Assembly (NCBI GenBank): GCA_963838925.1
Contig: CAWISW010000003.1
Span: forward strand, 128,001 to 192,000
Direction: 5' to 3'
Length of the DNA: 64,000 bases
Source of the DNA: an uncultured Nitrososphaerota archaeon
GTDB lineage: Archaea; Thermoproteota; Nitrososphaeria; Nitrososphaerales; Gagatemarchaeaceae
How positions within the stretch are numbered: position 1 is the stretch's first letter; each line of letters starts with the position of its first letter. Under the pieces are notes generated by a model. The model searched no databases, was not told the origin of the DNA, and saw only the letters and a list, made by a program, of their open reading frames with translations. Shown piece by piece: positions 19,202 to 30,233 of this stretch. The position numbers were made by a program, and so were the translations under genes.

Positions 19202-19358
19202 AGGTCTTCCGTGGCCGGGCGAGTATGTCTGGGGGACAAACCAAATGTGTTGAGCGGCTGGTGAACTTTGGTGCAGTGCTGCGAAATGTGCGGGCGGGAG
19301 GCGGCCAGCTGACGGCGTGGCTCAGCTTATATCTGGAAAGCGCAGAGCCGGCGTCCGG

Positions 19359-19763
19359 ATGGTCCGCACAAGAAGAAGAGGGACGGCCATCGTCGAGACC
19401 CCGAAGGGGATACTGTTGGTCAGCCTGGACGGCACCAACTTCACCTTGCCGGGTGGCGGCGCCAAGCTGCACGAGAGCAGGAGGGACGCCGCCATCAGGG
19501 AGCTGATGGAGGAGACCGGAATGAAGGCGGTCAGCCTCACCCCGCTCTTCGAGTTCCTGGGAGGGATACACGAGGGCCCCCGGGGAGGCTCGTTCAGGAA
19601 CGCCCACGAGGTGTTCCTCGTGACAGCGACGGGGAGTCCCAAGCCGGGGCAGGAGGTGAAGGCGGTTGCCTACCTCCATGGATCTGGCCCGACCCTCACT
19701 CCTTCCGCGAAGAAGATCATCCAGAGGTACAATTCCATGAAGGGTCCGTCGCAGCTCGCCTAG
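19359..19763 (+). CDS. NUDIX hydrolase
   Basis: LPGG.....E....AA.REL.EETG Nudix box. Confidence 0.92.
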   Translation: MVRTRRRGTAIVETPKGILLVSLDGTNFTLPGGGAKLHESRRDAAIRELMEETGMKAVSLTPLFEFLGGIHEGPRGGSFRNAHEVFLVTATGSPKPGQEVKAVAYLHGSGPTLTPSAKKIIQRYNSMKGPSQLA

Positions 19764-20465
19764 CCGCCGTCCGAAGAGTTGGAGTTGCGCAGATGCCTGA
19801 AACGCTTCAGTGACACAGCCACCCTCACTCGCGCATTACGAAGCGCCCTCTCCGCTGGCGAGTAGAAGTTGCCCAGGGCGACCTTGGCCTCTTCTTCCAA
19901 GGATATTTCGGCAAAGTTACCAAGCTGGAACGCCCCCGGATTCGCGATCACCGTGCTGCCGACCCTGTCGATCGCAACCGATTCGTGTATGTGACCGCAC
20001 ATGACCAGCCTGGGCTGTGTCCTCTTGATGTATTCGAGGACGGCCTTCGAGCCCGCGTGCCTTCCGCTGTAGAGCACGTCCACCTTCGTGCCGAACGGCG
20101 GCTCGTGTGAGAGGAGGATGTCCACCCTCCCGAGCTTCTCCAGGGCGGTCTCGTATCCGGCCTCGTCGACCTCAAACGGAAAGCCGCCGGAGGGCAAAGC
20201 ACCTCCGAGCCCTCCGACCGTGTACCCGCCAAGCTCCACCGCCGTGCCGTGGAGTATCCTGGCGCCGGTCTGTGGATTGTCGTGGTTGCCGAAGACGGCC
20301 ACAACGTTGTCGAAGCTGGAAGCGAGCGCGACAATCTGCGCCTGGATTTCCGCAGGTCCGTAATCTCCGCCCAGCGCCACCATGTCGTGAGTCTTCACCG
20401 CGCTTTGGATCCAGCCGGAGAAGTTCCGGCTGCCGTGAATGTCAGTCGCGAAAGGCAATCCTCAT
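19760..20465 (-). CDS. metallophosphoesterase (Icc/calcineurin-like); apparent +1 frameshift near 20452
   Basis: DIHG, GD, GNHD, SHEPP, CGHIHE; ATG AGG ATT GCC TT(T)C GCG would give MRIAFATDIHG without the extra T. Confidence 0.85.
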
Positions 20466-20585
20466 GCGCTACGGAGCCTCCATCGTTGAAGGATCTGATG
20501 CTCGCGACGACCGGAGCCCGTCATCGGTATGTTCGCCAGCCTCTCTGTCATTTCAAGGTTTTGCACTCGACGGGTCTAATGCCCC

Positions 20586-21467
20586 TCAGGCGTAGCCCCT
20601 GTCTCTGAAGAAGGCCTTCGCCGCTGCGGCCTCCGCCTTGTGGAAGCCCTCCGTGTCTCCGCGCATCATGTCGTCCATGTGCTCCTGCATCAGCCTCGCC
20701 GAGACCGTCCGGTAGAACTCCCTGCACACCGCGATTGCCTTCACCACCTGCTCGTCGTCTGCGTACACGCCGCGCTCCTCGATCTGGTATCCCGTCTTCC
20801 TCAGCTCGTCGATGAAGCCCGAGAAGTTGCTGTCGGGGTCCCGGATCGCTTTGACCTTGGCCTCCGAGATGGTGATGACCTCTGGCCTCGACTTGCGGAT
20901 GAACTCGACCATGCGCGACATCGACTGCAGGACTCCTGGTGCCGGGTTGATTATCCGCGTGTAGACCTCCTTCTGCATCTCCTGCATGTAGTCCACGTCC
21001 ACGTCGAGGAGCCACGACTCGGTCTTGGCCATGCGGCCGACGAGGCTCTGGAGAGCCCTTGGGGGGCTGCGGTACACCTCAATCCCCATCGTCTCGGACA
21101 GGAAGCCCACCGCCGAGGAAATCGACTGCTCTTGGTCGGAGATCCTGAGGGAGCGCGGCAGCCTCGACTCGATGTCCTGGACGTGCCTGACTAGCATGGC
21201 CTCGGGGATGACGACGACGAGCTCCGGGGCCCCCGCCTTTCGCTTGCTCCCATTGAGCGCGGAGAGGCCCCCGGTGAGATTGCGAAGGGCCGAATGGGCG
21301 CCCGTCCGGCCGACGATGACCCGCAGCTCCTTGGGGTAGATGCTGTCGTCGCCTCCGAGGGAGACGTCCAGGTGGGAGTCCATGCTGACTATCGCGTCGA
21401 ACCGCTCGCCCAGCTCGGCGACGGTCTCAGGGACCTGCGAGTGGATGCTGTGGATTATCGCTCGCAT
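20586..21467 (-). CDS. hypothetical protein with arginase/deacetylase-like (UPF0489-like) motifs
   Basis: DSHLD, LLDVDVDY, ITISE. Confidence 0.6.
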   Translation of the reverse strand: MRAIIHSIHSQVPETVAELGERFDAIVSMDSHLDVSLGGDDSIYPKELRVIVGRTGAHSALRNLTGGLSALNGSKRKAGAPELVVVIPEAMLVRHVQDIESRLPRSLRISDQEQSISSAVGFLSETMGIEVYRSPPRALQSLVGRMAKTESWLLDVDVDYMQEMQKEVYTRIINPAPGVLQSMSRMVEFIRKSRPEVITISEAKVKAIRDPDSNFSGFIDELRKTGYQIEERGVYADDEQVVKAIAVCREFYRTVSARLMQEHMDDMMRGDTEGFHKAEAAAAKAFFRDRGYA

Positions 21468-21484
21468 CTTCGGCTGCCCGCTCG

Positions 21485-21958
21485 CTAAGGGCTCTCGCTC
21501 GCGTACAGGTTGGTCAATGCCCGGAAGCCGTTCTTGTGGTAGAACGCCACCGCGAAGTGGTTCGAGGCTGGGAACTCGGCGGTCATGAGCTTCGCCCCCT
21601 TTGATGCGAGCCTCTTCTTGGCCTCCTCGAGCATCTTCCTCCCCAGCGCCTTCCTCCTCGCCTCCGGGAGGATGTAGAGGTCGGTCACGTGCCCCTCCTT
21701 CGACGGCTCGTAGAACCTCCTTTCCCTGAGCTCGGCCCTCAGCACCCCGACGACCCTCTCGCCGCTGGTCGCGACCAGGAGAACGGTGTTCTTGGCGCCC
21801 ACGGAGTCGGCGATGTACCTTGAGGCCTGCCGGCCCACGTCCTTTGCGACGTTGAGCAGCGGGTCGAACTCGGCGTTGAACCGCTTCATCCTGGCGAGAA
21901 GCTCGGCGGCCTGGGCGACGTCGCCGCGCGTTGCCGGCCGTATCTTGGGCTCCACCAC
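21485..21958 (-). CDS. GNAT acetyltransferase
   Basis: IRPAT..D, LYILPEARRKALG, FY.K.GF. Confidence 0.9.
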   Translation of the reverse strand: MVEPKIRPATRGDVAQAAELLARMKRFNAEFDPLLNVAKDVGRQASRYIADSVGAKNTVLLVATSGERVVGVLRAELRERRFYEPSKEGHVTDLYILPEARRKALGRKMLEEAKKRLASKGAKLMTAEFPASNHFAVAFYHKNGFRALTNLYASESP

Positions 21959-21971
21959 TTGCGACCGGCTC

Positions 21972-23309
21972 CTATCGCGCTGACGGAGGGCTCGGTATTA
22001 TGCCCTGCGCTATCATCGCCCGCACCGTCTCCTTCGACCGGTCGATTATCGTCTTGGCCCTGTGCATCAGCTCGCCCCTGCTCATGCTCTTGCCGGCGAG
22101 CCCCTCCTTCTGGGCGCTCAGCCCGATGGCTGCCGCGACCCGCGGGAAGACCTCGGAGTCCAGCATCGTCGGCACGATGTTCGTCGCCGTCAGACCCTTC
22201 TCCTTCGCGAACCGCGCGAGCTCCCTCGCCGCGGCTATCGCCATCGGGTCGGAGATCGTCCTGGCCCTCACGTCGAGGACGCCGCGGAACACTCCCGGGA
22301 AGAAGATGCTGTTGTTCACCTGGTTCGGAAAGTCCGACCGCCCCGTCGCTACCACCGCAGCCCCCGCCTCCGTGGCGTCACTCGGCCACATCTCTGGGGT
22401 GGGGTTCGCGAGGAGGAAGACTATCGACCTCTTCGCCATCGCCCTGACGTCTTGCTTCTTGACGGTGCCGGGCCCGGGCTTCGACGCGGCTATGAGGACG
22501 TCCGCCCCCCTCAGGGCGTCCCTGATCCCTCCCCTCACCTTCCCGGGGTTCGTCTTGAGGGCCAGCTCGTACTTCCACCTGTTCCTTAGCAGGAGCCTGT
22601 CCATGTCCTCCCGCTCGGAGTGGAGCGCCCCTTTGCTGTCGACGATGATGATGTTCTCGGGGAGGGCGCCGGCCTCGATTAGGAGGCGGCAGGTGGCGGT
22701 GTTCGCGGCGCCGGCCCCGCAGAAGACGATCTTGGCTTCGCGCAGGTCCCGCCTGGTGAGCTCGAGAGAGTTGTAGAGCGCCGCGAGTATGATTCCCGCG
22801 GTCCCCTGCTGGTCGTCGTGCCACACGGGTATCTTCATCTCACCCCTCAGCCGCTCGAGGATCTCGAAGCACTTGGGGGAGGAGATGTCCTCGAGGTTTA
22901 TCCCTCCGAAGCTGGGCTCCAGCGCCTGCGCTATGCTGATGAACTCCTCCTCGGACGAGGCCCGCACGGGGAGCGGGAACGCGTCCACCCCTCCGAGGTA
23001 CTTGTAGATGAGTGCCTTCCCCTCCATCACGGGAAGGGCCGCCTCAGGCCCGACGTCCCCGAGGCCGAGGACCCTCGTCCCGTCGGTGAGTATCGCCAGG
23101 GAGTTCCACCTGTTGGTGTACTCGAACGCCAGGTCGTGGTCGCCCTGGATCCGCTTAGAGACCGCGGCGACGCCCGGCGTGTACCAGATCGAAAAGTCAG
23201 CGAGAGACCTTATGGGGACCTTCGGGACGGTCCCGACCTTACCGCCGTAGAAGGACGAGTACTGCAGCGCCAGCTTGGAAGCCTCGTCTCCCTCGCCTTT
23301 CGATGCCAT
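21972..23309 (-). CDS. NAD(P)-dependent malic enzyme
   Basis: YTPGVA, DGTRVLGLG, MEGKA, NLEDI, HDDQQGT, GAGAA, ATGRSD.PNQVNN. Confidence 0.95.
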   Translation of the reverse strand: MASKGEGDEASKLALQYSSFYGGKVGTVPKVPIRSLADFSIWYTPGVAAVSKRIQGDHDLAFEYTNRWNSLAILTDGTRVLGLGDVGPEAALPVMEGKALIYKYLGGVDAFPLPVRASSEEEFISIAQALEPSFGGINLEDISSPKCFEILERLRGEMKIPVWHDDQQGTAGIILAALYNSLELTRRDLREAKIVFCGAGAANTATCRLLIEAGALPENIIIVDSKGALHSEREDMDRLLLRNRWKYELALKTNPGKVRGGIRDALRGADVLIAASKPGPGTVKKQDVRAMAKRSIVFLLANPTPEMWPSDATEAGAAVVATGRSDFPNQVNNSIFFPGVFRGVLDVRARTISDPMAIAAARELARFAKEKGLTATNIVPTMLDSEVFPRVAAAIGLSAQKEGLAGKSMSRGELMHRAKTIIDRSKETVRAMIAQGIIPSPPSAR

Positions 23310-23376
23310 GCGGGTTCAGGGCGGCTTAATCTATTAAGTGTGAGCGCCTCTTTTTGGCGCTGGATTCTTCCGTCGG

Positions 23377-23673
23377 CTAGATCGCGATGGACGCGATCAT
23401 CTTGCCGGTGGTGTCGTCCGTGATGTTGATCTGCTGTGGGTGCTTCGCGAAGACAACGCGCCTCATGCTCACGATGAACTCTGCGCCTTCCTTGCTGTCC
23501 AGCTTCAGCGCGGTGCCCGAGGCGACCATGTCCCTGAACTCGCCCGTGCGCTTCGGGATGCCGACGGTCTTGATGTATCTGATTACCGAATCGCTTGTGT
23601 AGAATTTGGTTCTCGCTTCTTGACCCTTTGTCTCGTCGACCATGAAATGTTCAATTGTTCGCTCCGAGGGCAC
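23377..23673 (-). CDS. hypothetical protein
   Basis: 98-aa ORF with host-like codon usage. Confidence 0.6.
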   Translation of the reverse strand: MPSERTIEHFMVDETKGQEARTKFYTSDSVIRYIKTVGIPKRTGEFRDMVASGTALKLDSKEGAEFIVSMRRVVFAKHPQQINITDDTTGKMIASIAI

Positions 23674-24027
23674 TATAAAAGCTGGTCAAGCCTGAATTTG
23701 CAGTCCCGGACGTGGGCGAAAGCTCCTGATTCTCGACTGGTCCATTCGTTCTGAAGTCTTAATAGGCTCCGTGTGGACTAAAGTCTGAAGGTCCTAGAAA
23801 GCGGTAAACAACGGATATCTCTGGAAGGCTGACGAGCATCTGAACCACATAGCGAAGATCAGGTATGCGCACGGCGACGAATTGACCGACCTGCCAGGCG
23901 TGACCGGAATCGGGATGGGTAAGGACCACATAATCGTCTACGTCTCGGGCGAAGAGGTCGAGGTCCCCGGGATGCTGCAAGACGTCCAAGTAGTCAAGAT
24001 ACGCAGACGTTGATTCCGAGGCGGGCA

Positions 24028-24522
24028 CTACTGGAGGATGCCTGCGGGACCCACCGCCGCTGACACCGTTGTCCCGTCCGTCAGGTATACCACCACTTGC
24101 CCGTTCGCCATTGGCGACGCGGTCCCCCCTACGTCCGGGATGCTCGCGCCGTTCTGGTCCTTGAATGGCGCGGGGACGGAGGCCACGATCGTGACGGAGG
24201 CGCCTGTGGCTTTGATCGTAGGGGTCGTTACGGTGTCGTTGATCTGGACAGACTTTATGTCGGCGACGGTGATGGTCGACCCCTGCCTCGCATCGAGGAC
24301 GATGGTGCATGTCATCGTGTTCCCTCCCGACTTGCACGAGCTCTGGATCGGGTCGACGTAGACGGTCTTGCTCGGGGTGGTGGGCAGGAGCGCGATGACG
24401 ACGGCGACGACGATGAGCACGGCGACGACGTAAGCGGCGCGCCTGATGTTCTGCTTCCTCCGCGCGGCGCGCGCTCGGTCCTCTGGAGAGTCGCCTATGG
24501 CATGCGGCTCTTCGAGCGTCAT
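24028..24522 (-). CDS. membrane-anchored protein
   Basis: Basic stretch, then one TM helix, then a beta-rich Thr-rich domain. Confidence 0.7.
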   Translation of the reverse strand: MTLEEPHAIGDSPEDRARAARRKQNIRRAAYVVAVLIVVAVVIALLPTTPSKTVYVDPIQSSCKSGGNTMTCTIVLDARQGSTITVADIKSVQINDTVTTPTIKATGASVTIVASVPAPFKDQNGASIPDVGGTASPMANGQVVVYLTDGTTVSAAVGPAGILQ

Positions 24523-24756
24523 GGCCGAGAGAGGCAGAGGTGCGCCTCTCTTATGAACTCTCGGTTAGCGTCATTCTAACACAAGATGTCGAACTCCGTC
24601 CTGACGGAGGGGCCTTGGACACCAGTATTGTCGGGCGGCCCTCCGGCGTGGTCCGCCAATCGCCAGTCCTCGAATCGTCGTCTGCGTACCCTTACGAAAC
24701 CTGGTCTTCAGCAGAAATCCATAGCGTTAATATGACCGAACTCGCAATGTTTTCCC

Positions 24757-25533
24757 GTGTTTCCTACCAAGCCAAGGTACTATCCCCGAAACATCGGCGT
24801 CTCGTCGCCGCCGGGCGACAACGTCCATGAGTTCGTCGTGGTCTGGGAGCACGAGTTCGGCTCGCTCGCAAGGATACTGGACGTCTTCGCCAGGCACAAG
24901 GCGAAGGTGCTCCTGACGCACTCGCAGCTCGAGGCGCACACGCAGACGGTGGTCGGCACATACTTCTGCGACATGGCCCGCGCCGACCAATCGGTCGACA
25001 GTCTGCGGAGGGAGATCAAGGGGCTGAGCTTCGTCAAGGCGGTGGAGTCAGCGAGCGCCGAGCACTCCCTCTTCGACAAGTTCCTCTTCCCCATCACGGT
25101 CTGGGGAGCTGACAGGGTCATCGTGATGAGGCTGTACTCCCTGCTCAGCATCGAGAAGAGGCTGTCGGAGGAGCTTGGCTTTGCTGGGAGCGCGATAATG
25201 TTCAGGGAGGGCGAAGGATACGCCGCCGAGACCGCCAACCAGTACAGGAAGGCCCTACCAGGCGCGCCGGTCGAGTCGCTCCTGGAGAGCATGAAGGACG
25301 GCTTGCGCGCCATGGGGTGGGGGCTCTTCGAGTTCAAGGAGTCGAAGAACGGCTACGACGTGACGGTCCATGACTCGGCGATGCTGGAGGGCGCGACTGA
25401 GCCGAACAGGTTCCTCTGTGGGATAATCGCCGGGATCCTCGAATCGGTCCTGTCGGTGAAGATGAAGATCGTCGAGTCCAAGGTGGATGCCGAGAGCGGG
25501 ACCGTGTCAGTGAGGCTGTCGCAGACGCTCTAG
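24757..25533 (+). CDS. ACT + V4R-like domain protein
   Basis: G.LA.I..VFA ACT motif; MFREG, AMGWG, F.CG..AG V4R pattern. Confidence 0.8.
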   Translation: MFPTKPRYYPRNIGVSSPPGDNVHEFVVVWEHEFGSLARILDVFARHKAKVLLTHSQLEAHTQTVVGTYFCDMARADQSVDSLRREIKGLSFVKAVESASAEHSLFDKFLFPITVWGADRVIVMRLYSLLSIEKRLSEELGFAGSAIMFREGEGYAAETANQYRKALPGAPVESLLESMKDGLRAMGWGLFEFKESKNGYDVTVHDSAMLEGATEPNRFLCGIIAGILESVLSVKMKIVESKVDAESGTVSVRLSQTL

Positions 25534-25534
25534 C

Positions 25535-25855
25535 TTACAGCGGACGGGCGTAGCCCTTGGTCGTGAGGTCGTAGGTCTTGCCGTAGGTCCTCGTCTCGCC
25601 CTTTGCGAGGACGGTTACCGTGATCCTTCCCTCCAGGAGGCTGATGAGCTCGTAGACCGCGCCGCACTTCGGGCACGGGAACTTCTTGCCCACCTCCTTC
25701 TCGAAGTTGTTGAGGGCTATCCTGGTCGTGAAGTTGCCGGAGCACTCCGCGCACACCAGGTTGGCGTCCTGTCCGGACCCTGTGGCCTTCGCGGGCTTTG
25801 CTGCCTTCGCCTGACGTTTCGCGGCCTGCTTCGGTTTCGACTTCTTGCTGGGCAA
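25535..25855 (-). CDS. basic zinc-ribbon protein
   Basis: CAEC...CPKCG; Lys/Ala-rich N-terminus. Confidence 0.65.
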   Translation of the reverse strand: MPSKKSKPKQAAKRQAKAAKPAKATGSGQDANLVCAECSGNFTTRIALNNFEKEVGKKFPCPKCGAVYELISLLEGRITVTVLAKGETRTYGKTYDLTTKGYARPL

Positions 25856-25932
25856 TCCGAACGCTCGGCGAGTGCCGCGTGGCGTATTTATTGATATTTC
25901 GTAAAACGGAGGCGCACAGCCGCAATACGCGG

Positions 25933-28119
25933 CTATGCCAAGAGGGCGGCCAGCTCGCTGGCCTGGTTCAGGAGGCTCTGCCCCTGGGATATCAGCGACG
26001 TGACTTGGCCGTCGTCGATGTGGTGGCCGTTCCCGAGGGCCGCGGACTGTAGTATCGCGTTCATCTGCGACGCGATCGTGTTGCGCTGGGTGCCCATTGA
26101 GGTGAGCTGCGCCTCGAGGCTTGCGTAGGTCGCGTCCCCTGGGGTGTTGCTCGCGAGCGCGTGCGTCGAGATCGCGAGCGTGCTGAGGCCGAACTGCCCG
26201 GTCGGGGCGTTGATCTGGTCGTACATCTGAGCTAGGCTGTTGAACTCATCCAGCTGGTTGGGGTCGTGGAGCGACTGCGGGAGGGCGTTGTTGGCGAACG
26301 CCTGGGCGATGATGTGCCCGTCGTAGGCGTAGTCGTCCGTGAGCCCTAGGAGCGCCATCATCGTCGGCCTGATGTCGGTGTGGTCGGTCCAGGTCACGGA
26401 GTCAAGGCCGCTGTTGGCGACCCCGGGGCCCGCCATCCCCAGCCAGGTCGTGGTTATCACGGGCTGGACGTCGCCGTGGTTCCAGGCGTACCCGGTGTCG
26501 AGGCAGACGTAATCAGTTGGAGTGCTGCAATAGGAAGAGCCGGTGTAGAGGTAATAGTCCGGGTTCGCAAAGTCGATGAATGTGGGAGTCCGCGCCGGGT
26601 CGGCCGTGACCATATGGAGGACGTTCAACTCTACCGGGTTTGCCATGTACTGAGTGATATGGTCGGTGGCGCCGCTGATCGGGTTGACCGCGGTGAGGTC
26701 GTCCATGGCCCTCTCAAAGCTCCTCGTGATCGTCGCCGTTGGGCTGGGGTTGGTCTGGAGGTAGAGGGCGGGTGCAGAGTCGAAGTGGGCGCTGAAGGGC
26801 GTCGTTATCCCTTGCTCGCTCGCGAGGAGGCCCGTCGAAGAGGTCGCCGCTAGGTCCGTGTCCACCTCGCCAACCTGGCTGTAGGTGCAGGGGATGGTGA
26901 CTCCGTCGCAGTTCGAGGGCGTCGGGAGCCCGCCCACGAAGTGGTCGTTCTCGTCGGCCGTTATGACGAAGAGGGTGTTCCTCGTGGTGATGCCGTCGTG
27001 CTGGAGCCTCGCGAAGAAGGTCGCGAAGGCCTGGTTGTACGCGGCGAGCTGCGCCACGTATCCGGCCTCGCCTGGCCCGTAGGCGTTGTAGGGGTAGGCG
27101 TGGTTGTCGTGAGCGTCAGAGATGTAGGCGTACGTCACCGGGACGCCGTGCTCCTGCATGTCCGCCACGTAGGAGAGCGCCTGCGAGGCCGTTATGCCGC
27201 CGAATCCTGGGAAGCCGACGTGACCGTTCCCGTCGGTGATGACGTTGCCGCTAAGGTCCGTCATCGGCTGGCCGTTGTTGATCACCGGCGCCACGTACTT
27301 GTTGCCGAAGAGCGCGTTGTAGCCCGTGTATCCTCCAGGCTCGTTGGGGAGCACGTCCGGGACGCCGCCGTTCGCTGTCGAGCAGACCGCGTTGCCTGCG
27401 GCGCAATGGACCGAGATTCCCTCGAAGTCCGCCACGGCCTGGTAGTAGTTCGAGGCAGCCTCCGCGGCCTGTGGGGAGGTCGCGCCATAGACGGTGTTGA
27501 TGTCCGACCCGACGTTCTCCAGCTCGAGGTCGGCGGTCGCGACCGCGCCGACGTTGCATCCGGCCTCGGTGAAGGGCACCCAGGGTGCTGGTGCGTTCTT
27601 TCCTGTAGCAGTCAGAAGGTTGTAATTGCTGTCCGTCCCGCCCACCTTGTCAGTCCAGTAGGTGAACGACGAGGCGAAGCTCACAGTCCCGGTGGGGTTG
27701 AAGTAGCCGTAGCTGTTCGAGACCGCCTCGCCCAGGTTGTTGGGGTAGACGCCCGTGAGGGAGGTCAGGATGTCGTCCGCCGTGTGGGAGATGAGCGGCG
27801 TCTGCTGGTTCGCGAACAGGATGCCGTTCTGCTCCATGAAGTTCAGGAGCGCGGGCATCTGCTGGAGGTCGGAGGGGACGTTCGGGTTGTCCCGCGTGAG
27901 GTGAAGGTTGTCGAACTGGATGTAGATCACGTGCTGGATGTTTCCCTGCGCGGCGTCCAGGTTGCAGCCCCCGTTGTTCTGTCCGCCGTTCCCGTTCCCA
28001 TTGCCATAATCTGCGAAAACCGAAGGTATCGTCAAGGTCCCGCTGATGAAGGAGAGAGCCAACAGCGCTCCGATCACCAAGGCGCTTAAACCAATAGTTG
28101 TCCTGCCTTTCGAATTCAT
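25933..28119 (-). CDS. secreted alkaline-phosphatase-superfamily protein
   Basis: Signal peptide, IQHVIYIQFDN, FVITADEND, WNHGD, HTDIRPT. Confidence 0.75.
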   Translation of the reverse strand: MNSKGRTTIGLSALVIGALLALSFISGTLTIPSVFADYGNGNGNGGQNNGGCNLDAAQGNIQHVIYIQFDNLHLTRDNPNVPSDLQQMPALLNFMEQNGILFANQQTPLISHTADDILTSLTGVYPNNLGEAVSNSYGYFNPTGTVSFASSFTYWTDKVGGTDSNYNLLTATGKNAPAPWVPFTEAGCNVGAVATADLELENVGSDINTVYGATSPQAAEAASNYYQAVADFEGISVHCAAGNAVCSTANGGVPDVLPNEPGGYTGYNALFGNKYVAPVINNGQPMTDLSGNVITDGNGHVGFPGFGGITASQALSYVADMQEHGVPVTYAYISDAHDNHAYPYNAYGPGEAGYVAQLAAYNQAFATFFARLQHDGITTRNTLFVITADENDHFVGGLPTPSNCDGVTIPCTYSQVGEVDTDLAATSSTGLLASEQGITTPFSAHFDSAPALYLQTNPSPTATITRSFERAMDDLTAVNPISGATDHITQYMANPVELNVLHMVTADPARTPTFIDFANPDYYLYTGSSYCSTPTDYVCLDTGYAWNHGDVQPVITTTWLGMAGPGVANSGLDSVTWTDHTDIRPTMMALLGLTDDYAYDGHIIAQAFANNALPQSLHDPNQLDEFNSLAQMYDQINAPTGQFGLSTLAISTHALASNTPGDATYASLEAQLTSMGTQRNTIASQMNAILQSAALGNGHHIDDGQVTSLISQGQSLLNQASELAALLA

Positions 28120-28298
28120 TGCTCGCCGATTCTCTCAAATCGAATTTAGCCCTAATCGAAATCGTCTCTGTCGCCACCTTCCGGGGAAGTGACTAGCGGC
28201 GCCCTACATACCGAAAGTGATGTATTGTGATGCCCTAGGTGGGGTCACCGATACCTACTTAGTAGCACTTTACTACTGCGTTTATTAGGCTCCGTGCG

Positions 28299-29381
28299 AT
28301 GATGGAAGGCATGACAAACATCTCGGGTCTTGTCAAGGGCCTGCATCACATTAGCCTCGTAACAACCGACCAGGAGCTCAACAGGAGGTTCTACACGGAG
28401 ATCCTCGGTCTCAGGCGCGTCAAGCTCACCGTGAACCAAAACGACCCGTACCACCGCCACCTCTTCTACGCGGACGAGAAGGGGACGACTGGGACGGCGA
28501 TAACCTTCTTCGAGTGGCCTGAGCTCCCGCGCGGCTACGTCGGGCTCGGCTCTCCTCACCACCTTTCGTACTCGGTGAAGAGCGTGGACTCGCTCCCGAG
28601 GTGGGCCGCCTGGCTCGGGTCGAGGGGCGTCAGCGTTGCTGGCCCCTTCACGAGGGACGACAGGATTTCGCTATACCTGAGGGACCCGGACGGGGTCCTA
28701 GTCGAGATCACGGCGAAGAACACAGAGGGAGTCTCGCTCGACTATTTGCGCCAGCTCAGCGTCGGCGACGTAGGCGGGGTGACGCCGGACATGAAGCTAG
28801 TCAAGTTCGACCACGCCTCGCCTCTCTCGAGCGACTCCAACGTCACGCACAAGTTCCTCGAGAACCTCGTGGGCCTCGAGAGCTTCTCGGAGCGCGCGAA
28901 CCCTGACCAGGCGGGGACTTCTCTCGCTGAGGTTGGGAGCGGCGACAACCCGGGCTTCCTGAAGTACCTGACAGCGCCCGACGCCAAGACGGGCATGGTC
29001 GGGAAGGGGAACATCCACCACATCGCGGTGGCCGTGGAGGAGGACGAGGACCAGCTGAAGATAAAGCGCAAGCTCGACGACGCGGGCATCAGGAACTCGG
29101 GGGTCATCGACCGGTTCTGGTTCAAGTCGCTCTACTTCAGGGACCCTGACTACAACCTGCTGGAGATCGCCACGAAGAGGCCAGGATACGGGGTCGACGA
29201 AGCTCCCGACAAGCTGGGGACGTCCCTAGTGCTGCCCCAGTGGCTGGAGGGCTCCCGCCCGAAGATAGAGGCGGAGCTGAGGCAGACCGACCTCCAGGGC
29301 TCTCGAATATGGCCTCCGAGATACGAACCAGTCCCATCACCCCCCGAGAGCCTTCCCGCGAGGATGCGAGAAGATGACTGA
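28299..29381 (+). CDS. ring-cleaving dioxygenase / VOC family (MhqO-like)
   Basis: GLHH, TVNQ.D...HLFY, TFFEWP, HHIA, DRFWFKSLYF, EIAT..PG. Confidence 0.92.
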   Translation: MMEGMTNISGLVKGLHHISLVTTDQELNRRFYTEILGLRRVKLTVNQNDPYHRHLFYADEKGTTGTAITFFEWPELPRGYVGLGSPHHLSYSVKSVDSLPRWAAWLGSRGVSVAGPFTRDDRISLYLRDPDGVLVEITAKNTEGVSLDYLRQLSVGDVGGVTPDMKLVKFDHASPLSSDSNVTHKFLENLVGLESFSERANPDQAGTSLAEVGSGDNPGFLKYLTAPDAKTGMVGKGNIHHIAVAVEEDEDQLKIKRKLDDAGIRNSGVIDRFWFKSLYFRDPDYNLLEIATKRPGYGVDEAPDKLGTSLVLPQWLEGSRPKIEAELRQTDLQGSRIWPPRYEPVPSPPESLPARMREDD

Positions 29382-30024
29382 CCTCGGTTTCGTCCACAAG
29401 TTCGTGCGGTCCCCCACCGACTCGACCCTCACCCTGCTTCTATTGCACGGCACGGGAGGGAACGAGACCGACCTGCTCCAGCTGGGGCGAGACCTCTCGC
29501 CGCACGCGGCCCTACTGAGCCCGCGAGGCAGGGTGCTGGAGAACGGCATGCCCCGCTTCTTTCGAAGGCTGGGCGAGGGGATATTCGACATCAACGACCT
29601 CACCGAGCAGACGCACGCGCTCGCGCGCTTCATCGTAGACGCTTCAGAGAGCTACGACGTCAGGCCCGACAAGGTGGTCGCCGTGGGATACTCGAACGGC
29701 GCTAACATTGCCGGAAGCACGCTGATCCTCCACCCCGAGGTGCTCGCCGGGGCGGTCTTGATCCGCCCGATGGTCCCGTTCGTCCCCGATGCCATGCCGC
29801 GGCTCACCGGGAAGCCCATCCTCATCCTGGCGGGGAGGCGCGACAGCACGGTCACGAGGGAGGAGACGGAGAGGCTCGCGGAACTCTTGAAGCGCGCGGA
29901 CGCAGACATCACCCTGAACTGGGCAGACGCCACCCACGGGATATCCGGCCAGGAATTGAAGGTTGGGAAAGAATGGCTGGCCGCCAAGTTCACAGAAGAC
30001 GAGTTCGCTCTCAAGAAGCGATAG
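29374..30024 (+). CDS. alpha/beta hydrolase (MhqD-like)
   Basis: LLHGTGGNE, RFFRR, GYSNGANIA. Confidence 0.92.
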   Translation: MTDLGFVHKFVRSPTDSTLTLLLLHGTGGNETDLLQLGRDLSPHAALLSPRGRVLENGMPRFFRRLGEGIFDINDLTEQTHALARFIVDASESYDVRPDKVVAVGYSNGANIAGSTLILHPEVLAGAVLIRPMVPFVPDAMPRLTGKPILILAGRRDSTVTREETERLAELLKRADADITLNWADATHGISGQELKVGKEWLAAKFTEDEFALKKR

Positions 30025-30233
30025 GCCCGAGGTCAGGGGGCGGTTTCTGACCTCCGAGGTCCGCCCCCCAACTCGCCTAACTTCGATAGCGGCGCCAAAT
30101 CCGGACTGCCCCCGAATAACGCTTGTCGATGGACAGTATTGGGCTACCATACTCGAAAGCGCGGAATAGAACGGCGGTCGAATGCGTTCATTAGCCAGCG
30201 GAGGGGTCCGGTCTCTATGAGGTCAAGTTCGAG

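Noticed and set aside
24540-24750. Possible ncRNA or small ORF in a GC-rich intergenic stretch
   Set aside because: No recognisable RNA family motif and no convincing coding signal.
30029-30054. Hairpin GAGGTCAG...CTGACCTC after the hydrolase gene
   Set aside because: Single short stem with no recurrence; at most a local terminator-like structure.
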